Below, piece by piece: positions 37,962-50,837 of a stretch of DNA of 64,000 nt (the first letter of the stretch is position 1; each line of letters starts with the position of its first letter). The notes under the pieces were generated by a model. The model worked only from the letters and a program-made list of their open reading frames with translations. It did no database searches and was not told the DNA's origin. The position numbers were made by a program, and so were the translations under genes. The DNA is from Candidatus Latescibacterota bacterium (lineage in GTDB: Bacteria > Krumholzibacteriota > Krumholzibacteriia > WVZY01 > JAKEHA01), in contig OY970173.1 of assembly GCA_963707635.1 (NCBI GenBank), forward strand, positions 3,040,001 through 3,104,000, read 5' to 3'.

Positions 37962-38447
37962 ATGCGTCTACTACGCGCATGGCTCATCGTGACGTTGTCC
38001 GTCATTCTGCTCCCCGCACCCGCTTTGGCGCAGTCCTACCGGGCCGTGCTCGATGGGGCGCAAGAGACGCCGCCCAACGCCAGCCCGGGTCACGGCATCG
38101 CATGCTTCTACCTGGAGGGGGACAACATGCTGTACTACGAGATTGTGTACTTCGACTTGTGGGGCGTGGAGACACGATCGCACATTCACGGCCCTGCCCC
38201 ACCGGGGGTGTCGACGTTTTTCTTCGCCATACTGGGCCTGGACGAGGGTAGCCCGAAGTCTGGCTGGGTCGGTCCCCTCACGCCCGCGCAGGTCGGCTAT
38301 TTGAATGATTCGCTGTGCTACGTGAACATCCACACCCGGGTGGTTCCTTCAGGAGAGATTCGAGGGCAGATCATTCCCGCAAATGAGGGCTGTACCGTGC
38401 GCAGCAAGAACGCGACCTGGGGTGCGATCAAGGCGCTCTATCGATAG
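37962..38447 (+). CDS. Secreted CHRD domain protein with TWGAIKALYR tail
   Basis: Signal peptide; LDGAQETPP, HIHGPA and YVNIHT...GEIRGQI. Confidence 0.88.
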   Translation: MRLLRAWLIVTLSVILLPAPALAQSYRAVLDGAQETPPNASPGHGIACFYLEGDNMLYYEIVYFDLWGVETRSHIHGPAPPGVSTFFFAILGLDEGSPKSGWVGPLTPAQVGYLNDSLCYVNIHTRVVPSGEIRGQIIPANEGCTVRSKNATWGAIKALYR

Positions 38448-38538
38448 CTTGCGATGGCCTAATCCGGCGACAGCGTGTCTCGTCGAGGGGAACGGCGATA
38501 GCCGGGAGCGGTCACTTCCGTTGACTCGCTGACACCAG

Positions 38539-40332
38539 CTACCCTTCCCACTTCCCCTTCTCCACGAAGACCTTCCCGATCTCCAGGCGCAAGTGCCCCG
38601 CGTCGATCGGGGTATACTTGACCAGCCTTCGCGCCGCGGCCAGCATGGTCCGGAGCTCATCGCCCGATGCGCATGCGGCCAGGAGCTCGCGGGACCAGAG
38701 GTCGAGTTTCCCCATTGCCTCGTTCACATAGAGGCGCGTCATCCCGATCTGCGGCGCGCAGGCGGCGGCTCCGCGTGAGCCCACCAGCTTCATGGTCCGC
38801 AGCCACGCCGACTCCATGGCGTAGGTCTCGATCACGATGTCGGCGATGTTCCCGAGCACCTGCTGCTCGTCGTCGATCTTTGCTCCATACTTCTGCGCGG
38901 CGACGCCGAGTGCCAGGAGCGAAAGCTTCTTCGCGTTCGCGATCAGCGCACGCTCAATTGAAAGCACTGCTGACTGATCCTCGTCTCCGAGGGTCGCGCC
39001 ACCTTCCAGCAGCTCATCGGCCAGCTTCTTCGCCGCGAGCAGCAACGGCAGTTCGCCCTTCACCGAGCGCTTGAGCAGCATCCCGGTTAGCAGCATGCGA
39101 TTAATTTCGTTGGTCCCCTCGTAGATCCGTGTCACGCGTGCGTCTCTATAGTGACGCTCGGCCGGGTAGTCGGCGATGAAGCCGTAGCCGCCGAAGATCT
39201 GCACGGTTTCGTCCACCACCATGTCCAGCATCTCGCTGCCTTTGACCTTCATGATGGAGCATTCGCCCACGTACTCCTCGATCCCGGCCATGGTCTTCTG
39301 CGCGAAGTCGGGCGCTGTCTTGTCGATGGGCGAAAGAATCACGTCGAGGAGCCCGGCGGTCCGGTACGACATGCTCTCGACGGCATAGATGCCGGTCGCC
39401 ATGTTGGCGATCTTGGCCTGGATCATCCCGAAGCTGGAAATGGCCTTTCCGAACTGGTGCCGTTCGTTGGCGTACTTGAGGGCGTCCTCGAACGCGGCCT
39501 TGGCCCCGCCGATGGACCCTCCTCCGAGTTTGAAGCGCCCCACATTGAGAATGTTGAACGCGATCTTGTGGCCCTTGCCGACTTCGCCGAGGAGATTTTC
39601 GACGGGCACCTTCACGTTCTCCAGGAACACCTGCACGGTGCTGGAGCCCTTGATGCCCATCTTCTTCTCTTCCGCGCCGGTGGTGAGCCCGCCGTAGCCG
39701 CGCTCCACGATGAAGCAGGAAAACTTATCCCCGTCGACTTTCGCGAACACGATGAAGAGGTCCGCGAAGCCGCCGTTGGTAATGAAGGTCTTGTCGCCGT
39801 TCAGGAGGTAAGACTTCCCGTCTTTCGACAGCTCGGCGCGCGAGCGCGCGGCGAGCGCGTCGGAGCCGCTGCCGGGTTCGGTGAGCGCGTAGCACGACAC
39901 GATCTCGCCGGTCGCGAGCTTCGGCAGATACTTCTTCTTCTGTTCCTCGGTGCCGAAGAACACAATCGGCGTGGTCCCGATGCCGGCGTGGCCGCCATAG
40001 GTGGTCGCGAACGCGCCGCCGCGGGAGATCGCCTCTGATACCGCCATCGAGGTGACCTTGTCGAGGCCGAGGCCGCCATACGCCTCGGGCACGTCGATCA
40101 TGAGCAGCCCCAGCTCACCGGCCTTCTTCAGGAGGCCGACCATCACGCCCTCTTCCTTGTGCTCGGTCCTTTCCATGTTGGCGAGGACCTCGTTCTGGAT
40201 GAAGTCCTCCGCCGTCTTGACGAACATCTTCTGCTCGTCGTTGAAGTCTTCGGGCGTGAAGATGTCCGCGGGCTCGACGTCCTCGACGAGGAAGCTGCCG
40301 CCCTTCTTGATGCCTGCTGTCCTGGTGCTCAT
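38539..40332 (-). CDS. fadE: Acyl-CoA dehydrogenase
   Basis: YALTEPGSGSDA, EKKMGIKGSST, QIFGGYGF and IYEGTNEINR. Confidence 0.93.
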   Translation of the reverse strand: MSTRTAGIKKGGSFLVEDVEPADIFTPEDFNDEQKMFVKTAEDFIQNEVLANMERTEHKEEGVMVGLLKKAGELGLLMIDVPEAYGGLGLDKVTSMAVSEAISRGGAFATTYGGHAGIGTTPIVFFGTEEQKKKYLPKLATGEIVSCYALTEPGSGSDALAARSRAELSKDGKSYLLNGDKTFITNGGFADLFIVFAKVDGDKFSCFIVERGYGGLTTGAEEKKMGIKGSSTVQVFLENVKVPVENLLGEVGKGHKIAFNILNVGRFKLGGGSIGGAKAAFEDALKYANERHQFGKAISSFGMIQAKIANMATGIYAVESMSYRTAGLLDVILSPIDKTAPDFAQKTMAGIEEYVGECSIMKVKGSEMLDMVVDETVQIFGGYGFIADYPAERHYRDARVTRIYEGTNEINRMLLTGMLLKRSVKGELPLLLAAKKLADELLEGGATLGDEDQSAVLSIERALIANAKKLSLLALGVAAQKYGAKIDDEQQVLGNIADIVIETYAMESAWLRTMKLVGSRGAAACAPQIGMTRLYVNEAMGKLDLWSRELLAACASGDELRTMLAAARRLVKYTPIDAGHLRLEIGKVFVEKGKWEG

Positions 40333-40345
40333 GAGGTTCCCTTCG

Positions 40346-40819
40346 CTAGCTGATCTTCCGAAACACGGTGCCGATGTAGTCCACGAAGTCGGGCTCGAGC
40401 CCCTGCGCGCGAATGAGCGCCTGGATCTGCGCTCGATGATGAATCGAATGGTAGTTCAACTGGAGCGCAATGTCCTTGAGTGGCGCCTCCCAGGTCGCCC
40501 CGTCGAATCCGACCCACTTCACTTTCTCGAATAGCTCCGCTTCGGTCTTGTTCTCGAGCAGGTCGAGCCACGCCGTAAGGCTCTTCTCCCACTCGAACTC
40601 CAGGTCTTCGAGCGGATACAGCGGTTTCCACCAGTCCATTCTGGGGTCTTTGGGATACTGCTGCAAACGCGCGAGCCATTTCTTCTGCGAGTTGATGAGA
40701 TGGCTGAAAAACTTGATACTCTGTTCCTTGTCCGGCAGCTCCTTGATCTTCGCGAGCACCTGGCGGTTGGCGTGATCGTTGAACAGAAACGTGTCGCGCA
40801 AGTATTGCTTCATTTCCAT
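40346..40819 (-). CDS. DinB family protein
   Basis: FSHLINSQKKW and HSIHHRAQI. Confidence 0.85.
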   Translation of the reverse strand: MEMKQYLRDTFLFNDHANRQVLAKIKELPDKEQSIKFFSHLINSQKKWLARLQQYPKDPRMDWWKPLYPLEDLEFEWEKSLTAWLDLLENKTEAELFEKVKWVGFDGATWEAPLKDIALQLNYHSIHHRAQIQALIRAQGLEPDFVDYIGTVFRKIS

Positions 40820-40845
40820 ATGAGCATTACTCCCTGGGGCGCTCG

Positions 40846-42024
40846 CTACACGCGCTGGAACACCCCCGCAACTCCCATGCCGCCACCCACGCACATGGTC
40901 ACGATGCCATATTCCACACCGCGGCGGTGCATTTCGTAAAGCAGAGTTGTCGAGAGCTTGGCCCCCGTGCACCCGAGCGGATGCCCGAGCGCGATCGCCC
41001 CGCCGTTCACGTTGAGCTGGTCGTCGCGCAGGCCGAGGTCTTTCTGGACATAGACGGCCTGCGAGGCGAAGGCTTCGTTCAGCTCGACCAGGCCGATCTC
41101 GCCCAGCGTGAGGTTGGCCTGCTTGAGCACTCTGGGCACGGCGAGCGCGGGGCCGATGCCCATCAGCTCGGGCTCCACGCCGGCGGTCGCAAAGGCGATG
41201 AGCCGCCCCTTGGGCTTGAGCTTGAGTTCCTTCATCACGTCTTCCGAGACCAGCACCAGCGCCGAGGCACCGTCGTTCATCGGCGAGGAGTTACCGGCGG
41301 TCACGGTGCCGCCGTTTCGAAACACCGGTTTGAGCGCGGCGAGGGCTTCGAGCGAGGTGTCGGTCCGCACGCCCTCGTCCACGGCGAACTCGATCGCGCG
41401 CGACTCGACCTTGTTCTTCGCGTTGATCGTCTTTTCCACGACCGGCACCGGCACGATCTCGCTCTTGAACTTCCCTTCGGCGATGGCGGCCGCCGCGCGC
41501 TGGTGCGATCGCAGCGCGAACTTGTCCTGCTCCTCGCGGGTGATCTTGTACTTCGCGGCGACGTTCTCCGCGGTGTTGCCCATGCTGATGTACGCGGCGG
41601 GCATGTTCGTCATTAGAGAAGGATTGGGCGACGGCTTGTTGCCGCTCATCGGGATCATGCTCATGCTCTCGACCCCGCCGGCCACCACCACGTCCACCTC
41701 GCCGAGACGGATGCGGGCGGTCGCCGCGTGGATGGCTTCCAGGCCCGACGCGCAGAAGCGGTTCACGGTCACACCCGAGGTGGTGATCGGGAGTCCCGCG
41801 CGCAGGACGGCGAGCCGCGCCACGTTCAGGCCCTGCTCGCCTTCGGGCATCGCGCAGCCCAGGACCACGTCTTCGACGCGCGCCGGGTCCAGACCCTTCG
41901 CGCGCGCGATCGCCTCCTGGATGACGAGCGCCGCCAGCTCGTCCGGGCGTGTGTTGCGCAGAACGCCCTTGAACGCGCGCCCGACGGGTGTGCGGACCGC
42001 CGATATGATATAGGCGTCTCTCAT
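40846..42024 (-). CDS. fadA: Acetyl-CoA acyltransferase (thiolase)
   Basis: [21 protein letters not shown] and MCVGGGMG. Confidence 0.95.
   Translation of the reverse strand: MRDAYIISAVRTPVGRAFKGVLRNTRPDELAALVIQEAIARAKGLDPARVEDVVLGCAMPEGEQGLNVARLAVLRAGLPITTSGVTVNRFCASGLEAIHAATARIRLGEVDVVVAGGVESMSMIPMSGNKPSPNPSLMTNMPAAYISMGNTAENVAAKYKITREEQDKFALRSHQRAAAAIAEGKFKSEIVPVPVVEKTINAKNKVESRAIEFAVDEGVRTDTSLEALAALKPVFRNGGTVTAGNSSPMNDGASALVLVSEDVMKELKLKPKGRLIAFATAGVEPELMGIGPALAVPRVLKQANLTLGEIGLVELNEAFASQAVYVQKDLGLRDDQLNVNGGAIALGHPLGCTGAKLSTTLLYEMHRRGVEYGIVTMCVGGGMGVAGVFQRV
41924..42024. repeat. Direct repeat copy 1 (thiolase 5' end)
   Basis: 41924-42012 is identical to 43929-44017 (89 bp); 98/101 to the ATG. 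Confidence 0.95.
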
Positions 42025-42049
42025 AGTGCCGCTCTTGAGACCCGACTCC

Positions 42050-44029
42050 TCACAAACCGAAACCACATTGGGCCGGCAATACGAACAAATCCTCATCAGC
42101 TACATAGACATACGATCCAACGACCGTGACAGCATTCGCAGCTCTAGGCGTGGTGGAACTCCCGATAATCCTCGGCAACCTTGGCAACGCTACGCTGATC
42201 ACATGAACGCCAAATTCTCCGTCCGCCACATAGGCGTATGATCCCGCGACTGACACGCCGAGTGCCGTACCCGGCGTGTCGACATTGCCAACAATCATCG
42301 GCAGCGAAGGCGATTTCACATCGATCACCTGTAGACCAAATTCTCCGTCCGCCACATAGGCGTATGTTCCCACGACTGACACGCCGAGCGCCGAACCTGG
42401 AGTATCGACACTACCAATGATCGCCGGCGACATCGGCGACGTCACATCAATCACTTGCAGACCAGCCTCGCTGTCGGCGACGTAGACGTACGACCCAACC
42501 GAGAACAAACCGATGGCTAATCCTGGAGTATCGACGTGCCCAATGACGGTGGGTAACGATGGGGATCTGATATCGATCACGTGTAGGCCGAGCGACCCAT
42601 CGGCAACGTAAGCGTGCGCCCCCGCGACAGTCACTGCACGTGCGTCGGACGGCGTGTCGACGCTCCCGGCGATGAGCGGCGAGGCCGGAGAAGTAACATC
42701 AATCACCTGCAAACCTGTGTAACCATCCGCAACGTACGCGTAAGACCCATTCACAGCCACCCCGTTCGCCATGGCCGGTGTGACGACTCCGCCGACCACA
42801 ACAGGCGACAGGGGCGAAGTTACGTCAATAACTTTCAGCCCAGAGAATGGACCGTCTACCAGGTAGGCGTACCGCCCTTCCACCACCACACCAACGGCAA
42901 TACCCGGAGTATCGATACCGCCACCAGCAACAGGCTGCGCTGGCGTCGTCACATCGACAATCTTCATCCCGGAGTAGTGGTCCGCCACGTAGGCGTACGA
43001 CCCAGCTACCGTCACGCCTATCGCGCGGTCTGGGGTATCGACACTCCCGACGATCACGGGTGAAGTTGGTATTGAGAGGTCGATCACCTGAAGACCGGAC
43101 TCGTAGTCCGCAACGTACGCACGCGACCCGACAATCGCCATTCGAATCGCCGAGCTCGGTGTATCGACACCCCCTACGATTACCGGCGAGGCAGGCACCG
43201 AGACGTCGATTACATGTACACCAGACTCATTGTCCGCCAAATACACATAGGTCCCGACGATGGCCACGTCATGTGCAAAACTTGGCGTGTCGACGCTACC
43301 AATGATCCTCGGCAATGAAGGGTTTGTGATATCAACAACCTTGAAACCACCAAAAGCGTTAGCCACATAAGCGTATGCACCACTCACCGCCACGCCATCC
43401 GCGCCGTAGAACATATCGATGCTACCGACAATCACCGGCGAGCCGGGTGAACCAATGTCGAGAATCACAAGGCCATAGCTGTTTGTCACGTAGGCATAGG
43501 ATCCCACGACCGTTACGTAGTTCACCTCGGGCAGTACTGCGACATTTCCCACAATCTCCGGCGAAAATGGCGAGGCAACATCCACCACATGCAAGCCGGC
43601 GAACCCCCCCGCCACATAGGCGTACGAACCCATGATCGCCACCGCGTACGCTCCACGCGGCATGGCGACACTCCCCACAATTGTCGGTGACGAGCCTATC
43701 GATATGTCGACCACCTGAAGGCCAGACGTCATGTCAGCGACAAACGCGTACGATCCCACTACTGTCACGTCATACGCTCTGTCCGGTGTGTCCACGCCGC
43801 CTAGGAGACGCATATGGTTCGCATAGTTGACGCAGCCACTTTCATCTGGCTTCGATGGCGTACCCGTGACGCTGTCGCTGTCACATCCACCCCACGGTAC
43901 AGTCGCCAGCGCCAGGACAGCTCCGGCCACGAGCGCCGCCAGCTCGTCCGGGCGTGTGTTGCGCAGAACGCCCTTGAACGCGCGCCCGACGGGTGTGCGG
44001 ACCGCCGATATGATATACGCGTTTTTCAT
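42050..44029 (-). CDS. LVIVD-repeat beta-propeller lipoprotein with thiolase-derived N-terminus
   Basis: 14 [14 protein letters not shown] repeats; WGGC lipobox; first 34 aa copy thiolase; visibly lower GC. Confidence 0.85.
   Translation of the reverse strand: MKNAYIISAVRTPVGRAFKGVLRNTRPDELAALVAGAVLALATVPWGGCDSDSVTGTPSKPDESGCVNYANHMRLLGGVDTPDRAYDVTVVGSYAFVADMTSGLQVVDISIGSSPTIVGSVAMPRGAYAVAIMGSYAYVAGGFAGLHVVDVASPFSPEIVGNVAVLPEVNYVTVVGSYAYVTNSYGLVILDIGSPGSPVIVGSIDMFYGADGVAVSGAYAYVANAFGGFKVVDITNPSLPRIIGSVDTPSFAHDVAIVGTYVYLADNESGVHVIDVSVPASPVIVGGVDTPSSAIRMAIVGSRAYVADYESGLQVIDLSIPTSPVIVGSVDTPDRAIGVTVAGSYAYVADHYSGMKIVDVTTPAQPVAGGGIDTPGIAVGVVVEGRYAYLVDGPFSGLKVIDVTSPLSPVVVGGVVTPAMANGVAVNGSYAYVADGYTGLQVIDVTSPASPLIAGSVDTPSDARAVTVAGAHAYVADGSLGLHVIDIRSPSLPTVIGHVDTPGLAIGLFSVGSYVYVADSEAGLQVIDVTSPMSPAIIGSVDTPGSALGVSVVGTYAYVADGEFGLQVIDVKSPSLPMIVGNVDTPGTALGVSVAGSYAYVADGEFGVHVISVALPRLPRIIGSSTTPRAANAVTVVGSYVYVADEDLFVLPAQCGFGL
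43929..44029. repeat. Direct repeat copy 2 (thiolase 5' end fused to LVIVD gene)
   Basis: Matches 41924-42024. Confidence 0.95.
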
Positions 44030-44046
44030 GGCATTGCCTAATGGGC

Positions 44047-45492
44047 TCAATTGATATAGCCCAGCGAGCGCAGCTTCTCCAGCGCCTCGCGGTCCGTGCT
44101 TTCGAACATGAAGTACTCCTTCGACGTTTGCATCTTCGCGAAGGACTTCCCGAGCACGGCCATCAGGTCGCGCTGCACGTCGGGCTGCTGCTCGGCCAGA
44201 TTAGTCTCCTCTGCCGGGTCGCGCGCCAGGTTGTACAGCTCGGTGCCGCGGTTCTCGTTCCAGATCAACTTCTCGTCCGGCGCACGCACGCAGCGCATGC
44301 GGTAGTCGATCGTTTTCCAGTCGTAGCCCGGGTAACGCCCCTGCAGCAGCTTGATGCCCACCACCGGCCGCTCGTTCCCGGCCAGAATGAAGTCCTCCGC
44401 TGCGCGGCCCTTGCGCGCGAGGCTCGTCGTCTCCGGGCGCAGGAGGGGCGCCCGGTCCGCCGCGCCGCACAGGTCGAGCACGGTGGGGGCGAGGTCGACG
44501 ATGCTGACGAGCCCGTCCACGCGCGTCCCTGCGGGGAACCCACGCGGGTAGCAGATCACGAGCGGGATGTGCAGCCCGGCGTCGTACATCGTGCTCATGT
44601 GGTCGATCTTGCCCTTCTCGCCCAGGTGCTCGCCGTGGTCGGAAGTCACGATGACAATCGTGTCGTCCAGAACCCCCGAGCGCTCGAGCGCGTCGACGAC
44701 CTCGCCCACCAGCGCGTCGGCCCACGCCACCTCGGCGTCGTAGAGGTCGTTGAGGATCCGGTAGTCCGTCTGGTCGAGCGGCATCTCGCCCACCAGGTGT
44801 CCCCACCCCGACTGTATCCCTGCCAGCTGGCGCACCCGCGCGAGGTTGTAACCCTTGCCGGCGAGAAAGCGCGAGGCGTACGGTTCCGCGGGAGTGTATG
44901 GGAGGTGCACGCCGTTGAGGTTGGCGAAAAGGAAGAATGGCTTGTCATCGTTCGCCGCGGACGTGATCCACGCCACCATGCGGTCGACGGTGAAGGTCTC
45001 CATCGAACCCCTGGTCGTGTCCGCGCCGGCACGGTTCTCCGCGCGCCACATCTCGAGAAATTCCTGGAACCCCTGGCCGAACCCGCGTTCCTTCGACACC
45101 CAGCTGTTGCACACGAAGCCCGCCGTGCGGTACCCGGCGTCGCTCAACGCTTCGGCCACCGTGAGGTTCTGATCCGGCAGGTGGAGGGTTTCCGAGGTTG
45201 CGCCGGCCTGGACGGGGTGCAGCCCGGTGAAGAGCGACGCGTGCGCCGGCAGCGTCCAGAAGCACGTGCTGAACGCGCGCGAGTACATCGCACCGCGGGC
45301 CGCGAGCGCGTCGATGCGCGGAGTGGTCTCGCGACCGTAGCCGGCGCACGAGAGCCGGTCGCCGCGGAGCGTATCGAGCACGAGCAAGACGACGTTGGGT
45401 TTGTGCGCACGCTCGCAGCCGGAAAGCCCGAAGGCAACGCAGGCCACGGCCAGCGCCGCGTGGAGAAGCAAATGACGATGCACCTTCGACAC
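44047..45492 (-). CDS. Sulfatase-like (alkaline phosphatase superfamily) lipoprotein
   Basis: LSGC lipobox, LDTLRGD, WTLPAHASLFTG, TSDHGE and LRSLGYI. Confidence 0.88.
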   Translation of the reverse strand: MSKVHRHLLLHAALAVACVAFGLSGCERAHKPNVVLLVLDTLRGDRLSCAGYGRETTPRIDALAARGAMYSRAFSTCFWTLPAHASLFTGLHPVQAGATSETLHLPDQNLTVAEALSDAGYRTAGFVCNSWVSKERGFGQGFQEFLEMWRAENRAGADTTRGSMETFTVDRMVAWITSAANDDKPFFLFANLNGVHLPYTPAEPYASRFLAGKGYNLARVRQLAGIQSGWGHLVGEMPLDQTDYRILNDLYDAEVAWADALVGEVVDALERSGVLDDTIVIVTSDHGEHLGEKGKIDHMSTMYDAGLHIPLVICYPRGFPAGTRVDGLVSIVDLAPTVLDLCGAADRAPLLRPETTSLARKGRAAEDFILAGNERPVVGIKLLQGRYPGYDWKTIDYRMRCVRAPDEKLIWNENRGTELYNLARDPAEETNLAEQQPDVQRDLMAVLGKSFAKMQTSKEYFMFESTDREALEKLRSLGYIN

Positions 45493-45503
45493 CTTTCGTC
45501 CGC

Positions 45504-47900
<2,397 letters not shown>

Positions 47901-48094
47901 TGGAAACTCCTTATGCCGTCACAAACTGGCAGCGTTTAACCTATACGCAGGTGGAGCCGGCATTGTCAATTGCGGGGACGCCTCGCCCGGGGCACACTCT
48001 TTGCCAACCATGTGGATGGAAGCGCGTTACGTGGACGGGAATCCTCCGCATGCGCTGCAACAATCGGACCACGCAGAGAAACGACGAGGAATCG

Positions 48095-48640
48095 ATGGAA
48101 ACGCGGCGGACGAAGCGTGAATCGGCCCTCATTATAGTAGCCATCGCGGCGCTGTCGCTGCCCGCGTGCTCGAGCTCGCCACGCTTCACCGGCCACCCGG
48201 GTACAGTCGACATCGAGAGGCGAGAGGGCACCGACACGTCTCAAGACCACGTCGCGCTGCCCGACGATGGCTCGGCTGGCAGCAACGTAGTGCGCGCGGC
48301 GGAGGCGTTCATCGGAACGCCCTATCGTTCCGGCGGCACCACGCAGGAAGGCGTCGACTGCTCGGGTCTCACGCTGGTCGCGTATCAGTCGATCGGCGTC
48401 AAACTTCCCCGCAGCTCCGACGACCAGGCGCGCATCGGCGTCGCCGTCGAGCGCGACGACCTGGCGCCCGGTGATCTCATCTTCTTCGGCAACGGGTCCG
48501 GTTCCATCACGCACGTCGGCATCTACGCCGGCGGAAACGAATTCATCCACGCCTCCACGCGCGCGCGGCGCGTGCGCTTCGACCGCCTCGACAACAAGTA
48601 CTTCCACAATCGATACGTGACGGCACGACGGGTGCTGTAG
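48095..48640 (+). CDS. NlpC/P60 lipoprotein
   Basis: LPAC lipobox; GTPYRSGG, DCSG, HVGIY and FIHAS. Confidence 0.93.
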   Translation: METRRTKRESALIIVAIAALSLPACSSSPRFTGHPGTVDIERREGTDTSQDHVALPDDGSAGSNVVRAAEAFIGTPYRSGGTTQEGVDCSGLTLVAYQSIGVKLPRSSDDQARIGVAVERDDLAPGDLIFFGNGSGSITHVGIYAGGNEFIHASTRARRVRFDRLDNKYFHNRYVTARRVL

Positions 48641-48663
48641 CGACAGCGTTCGACGAAGCACGG

Positions 48664-48730
48664 GCGGGTGGCATCGAGCCGGGACCCCCGTCGGCGAAGC
48701 CGCGCGGGGTGGCGAGATGACAGGACCCGC
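48664..48730. repeat. Structured intergenic repeat (family B, copy 2)
   Basis: GCGGGTGG-CATC-GA...GGGTGGCGA-GATG-ACAGGACCCGC with central GCGAAGC loop. Confidence 0.75.
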
Positions 48731-48739
48731 CCCTTTCCG

Positions 48740-50011
48740 TCAGAAACTGTAGCGCACGCGCAGGTACGCGTTGCTGTTGTCTTCGTTCATCCCGAACAGC
48801 GTGCGCGGGTCCTCACCCTGGAAGAGATTCGCGCCCACAGTGAGGTTCAGATCGTCGGTGTAGTCGTAACCCGCCGACAGCCGAAGGTAGGCGTCCTCGT
48901 CGCTCGGCGAGTAGAACGTAAACGCGGACAGCTTGACCGTCTGGTAGCGCAGCATCTGCAGCAGGCGCAGCGTTACCAGCGTGTAGTTCTCGTCCTTCAC
49001 GTACTCGCCCGCGCGGTAGTCCTGCACCCCCTCCCAGTAGAACTGCGCGCCCGCGGTGAAGTCGCTCCACCACTGCCGTTCGTACCCGGTCATCGCCCGC
49101 GCCTCGGAATTCGGCACGTACGGGTCGGTGCCCTCGCGGTCCGCGGCTGAGTCGTACCAGCCCCCTTCGGCCCACGCGACACCGCCGAACAACGTGCCGC
49201 GCACGCTGGCGCCGTAGACGCGCAGCTCCGGGTAGTAGAAATACTGCCCGCTGCCGGCAAGCGTATCCGGGGGCGCGAACCCGAACGGCGACTTCCAGAA
49301 CCCGTGGTAACCGTAGAACGCCAGATTCGCCGGCCCCACGTCGCGACTCAGGCGCAGCGCGACCTCCCCGTTTTCCACCTGCTGCTCCGGCTCCACCACC
49401 GGCGCGTACGCCGGCGTCCAGAACACGAGGCGTTCCCCGGTCGGCAGAATGTTGGGCCCGAACACCGGCGTGTACACGAGATCGATCGCGAGCGGAAGCC
49501 CAAACCACCCCAGCCGCAACGCGTCGGACGGCCCCTTGAGGTACTGATCCTCGCGACCGATGAAGAAGCTCACGTAGTCCTTCGGAAAGAGATCGTTGAT
49601 GAAGAGCAGGTCGCCCGTTCCCCACGTGGTGGGCTGACGCCCGGCGCGCACTTCCAGATGGTCGCCGAAGGCGTTGAACATCGTCCACGCTTCGCGCAGC
49701 AGGACGCTGGTGCCGTCGTCCGCGACCTGGTCGGCGAGCACGTCCGCCACGAAATGGCCTTCGGCTCCGCTTCCGTAGAGATCGCTCTTTAGCTGAAGGC
49801 GCGCTTCCTGCAGCAGAAAGTCCTGGCCGCCGCTCCACGCCGGCGGCAGCGTGGACGGATTGCCCCACTCCGGGGGCGGCGGGCCGACCTCGTGGAGCCG
49901 CAGCCCGCCGGCTGCTTCGATGAAGCCGTGCAGCTCGAACTGCGCGGCCGCTGGAACCGCGTTCGCGAGCAGGACGGCCGCGATGGCAAGCAGGCGCTGG
50001 TGTTTGACCAT
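48740..50011 (-). CDS. Outer-membrane beta-barrel protein (DUF1302-like)
   Basis: Signal peptide, LREAW, RAGRQ..TWG and C-terminal VRYSF. Confidence 0.75.
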   Translation of the reverse strand: MVKHQRLLAIAAVLLANAVPAAAQFELHGFIEAAGGLRLHEVGPPPPEWGNPSTLPPAWSGGQDFLLQEARLQLKSDLYGSGAEGHFVADVLADQVADDGTSVLLREAWTMFNAFGDHLEVRAGRQPTTWGTGDLLFINDLFPKDYVSFFIGREDQYLKGPSDALRLGWFGLPLAIDLVYTPVFGPNILPTGERLVFWTPAYAPVVEPEQQVENGEVALRLSRDVGPANLAFYGYHGFWKSPFGFAPPDTLAGSGQYFYYPELRVYGASVRGTLFGGVAWAEGGWYDSAADREGTDPYVPNSEARAMTGYERQWWSDFTAGAQFYWEGVQDYRAGEYVKDENYTLVTLRLLQMLRYQTVKLSAFTFYSPSDEDAYLRLSAGYDYTDDLNLTVGANLFQGEDPRTLFGMNEDNSNAYLRVRYSF

Positions 50012-50021
50012 GCGGGTTCCC

Positions 50022-50831
50022 CTACTGAGCGATGTATTCCCGCGGCGGGCTCTTGAGGTACCGCTCGCTGAAGATATCCACGCTGATCCCCTGGTCGTAG
50101 TCGATGCTGCTGAACACGATCAGCGTGCTGTTCTCCTTGCGCGGGGTCGTCATGCGGCGTTCGATGGCGGTGGGGTACCCATCGGCTGTTTCGACCTTCA
50201 GCACCTCGAGGATCTTGAGCGGGGCGTCCTTGGCGTCGAAATACTCCTCGCGGACGATGAGCTTCGTCGCCTTGTCGATCCAGGTGAGCTTGCGCGCGAA
50301 GTAATCACTGCTCTTCGGCGTGCTTTCGATGACCCAGGTCTGGTAGCCGCCTTTTTCCTCTTCGCGCACGAACTTGTGGGCGTCTTCGCTCCAGTGCCGG
50401 CCCGAGACGTCCTCGTACGCAAAGTCGCTCCCCACGAAGCTGCTCTTCTTGTCGCTGGCCGAGAGGGGCTTCACCAGGTCGAGGGATGGAACGTAGATCC
50501 AGCGCGCGTCGTCGCCGACAGGGTTCTTCCACGCCATAAACGTGGTGCGGCGCACGTCGGCGGGCTCGAAGAAGTACACGTAGTAGCGCTGCTCGCCGCC
50601 CTCGGACAGGTCCTTGCGCAGGATGACAAAGTCGCGCACGCGCGTCTTGCCGTTCTTGTCGCTGATGGTCATCTTGACCCGCGCCGAGCCGTCTTCGCCG
50701 GCGTAGTACATGTTGAGGTGCGCCTCCTTCATGAGCGCCTCCGCGTCGGGGCCCTGGGCGCGCGCGGGCGCCGGGGCGGCCCCAACGGTCAAACCGAAGA
50801 CGGCCAGAGCCAGAACAGACCTTTTCTTCAT
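50022..50831 (-). CDS. Outer-membrane lipoprotein-sorting (LolA-like) protein
   Basis: EPADVR.T.F, RWIYVPSL, SFVGSDFAYED and FSERYL. Confidence 0.85.
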   Translation of the reverse strand: MKKRSVLALAVFGLTVGAAPAPARAQGPDAEALMKEAHLNMYYAGEDGSARVKMTISDKNGKTRVRDFVILRKDLSEGGEQRYYVYFFEPADVRRTTFMAWKNPVGDDARWIYVPSLDLVKPLSASDKKSSFVGSDFAYEDVSGRHWSEDAHKFVREEEKGGYQTWVIESTPKSSDYFARKLTWIDKATKLIVREEYFDAKDAPLKILEVLKVETADGYPTAIERRMTTPRKENSTLIVFSSIDYDQGISVDIFSERYLKSPPREYIAQ

Positions 50832-50837
50832 GATGGG

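Noticed and set aside
48664..48730. Self-cleaving ribozyme (HDV, twister, hammerhead, pistol)
   Set aside because: Catalytic core sequences and pseudoknot pairings of these classes were not found on either strand.
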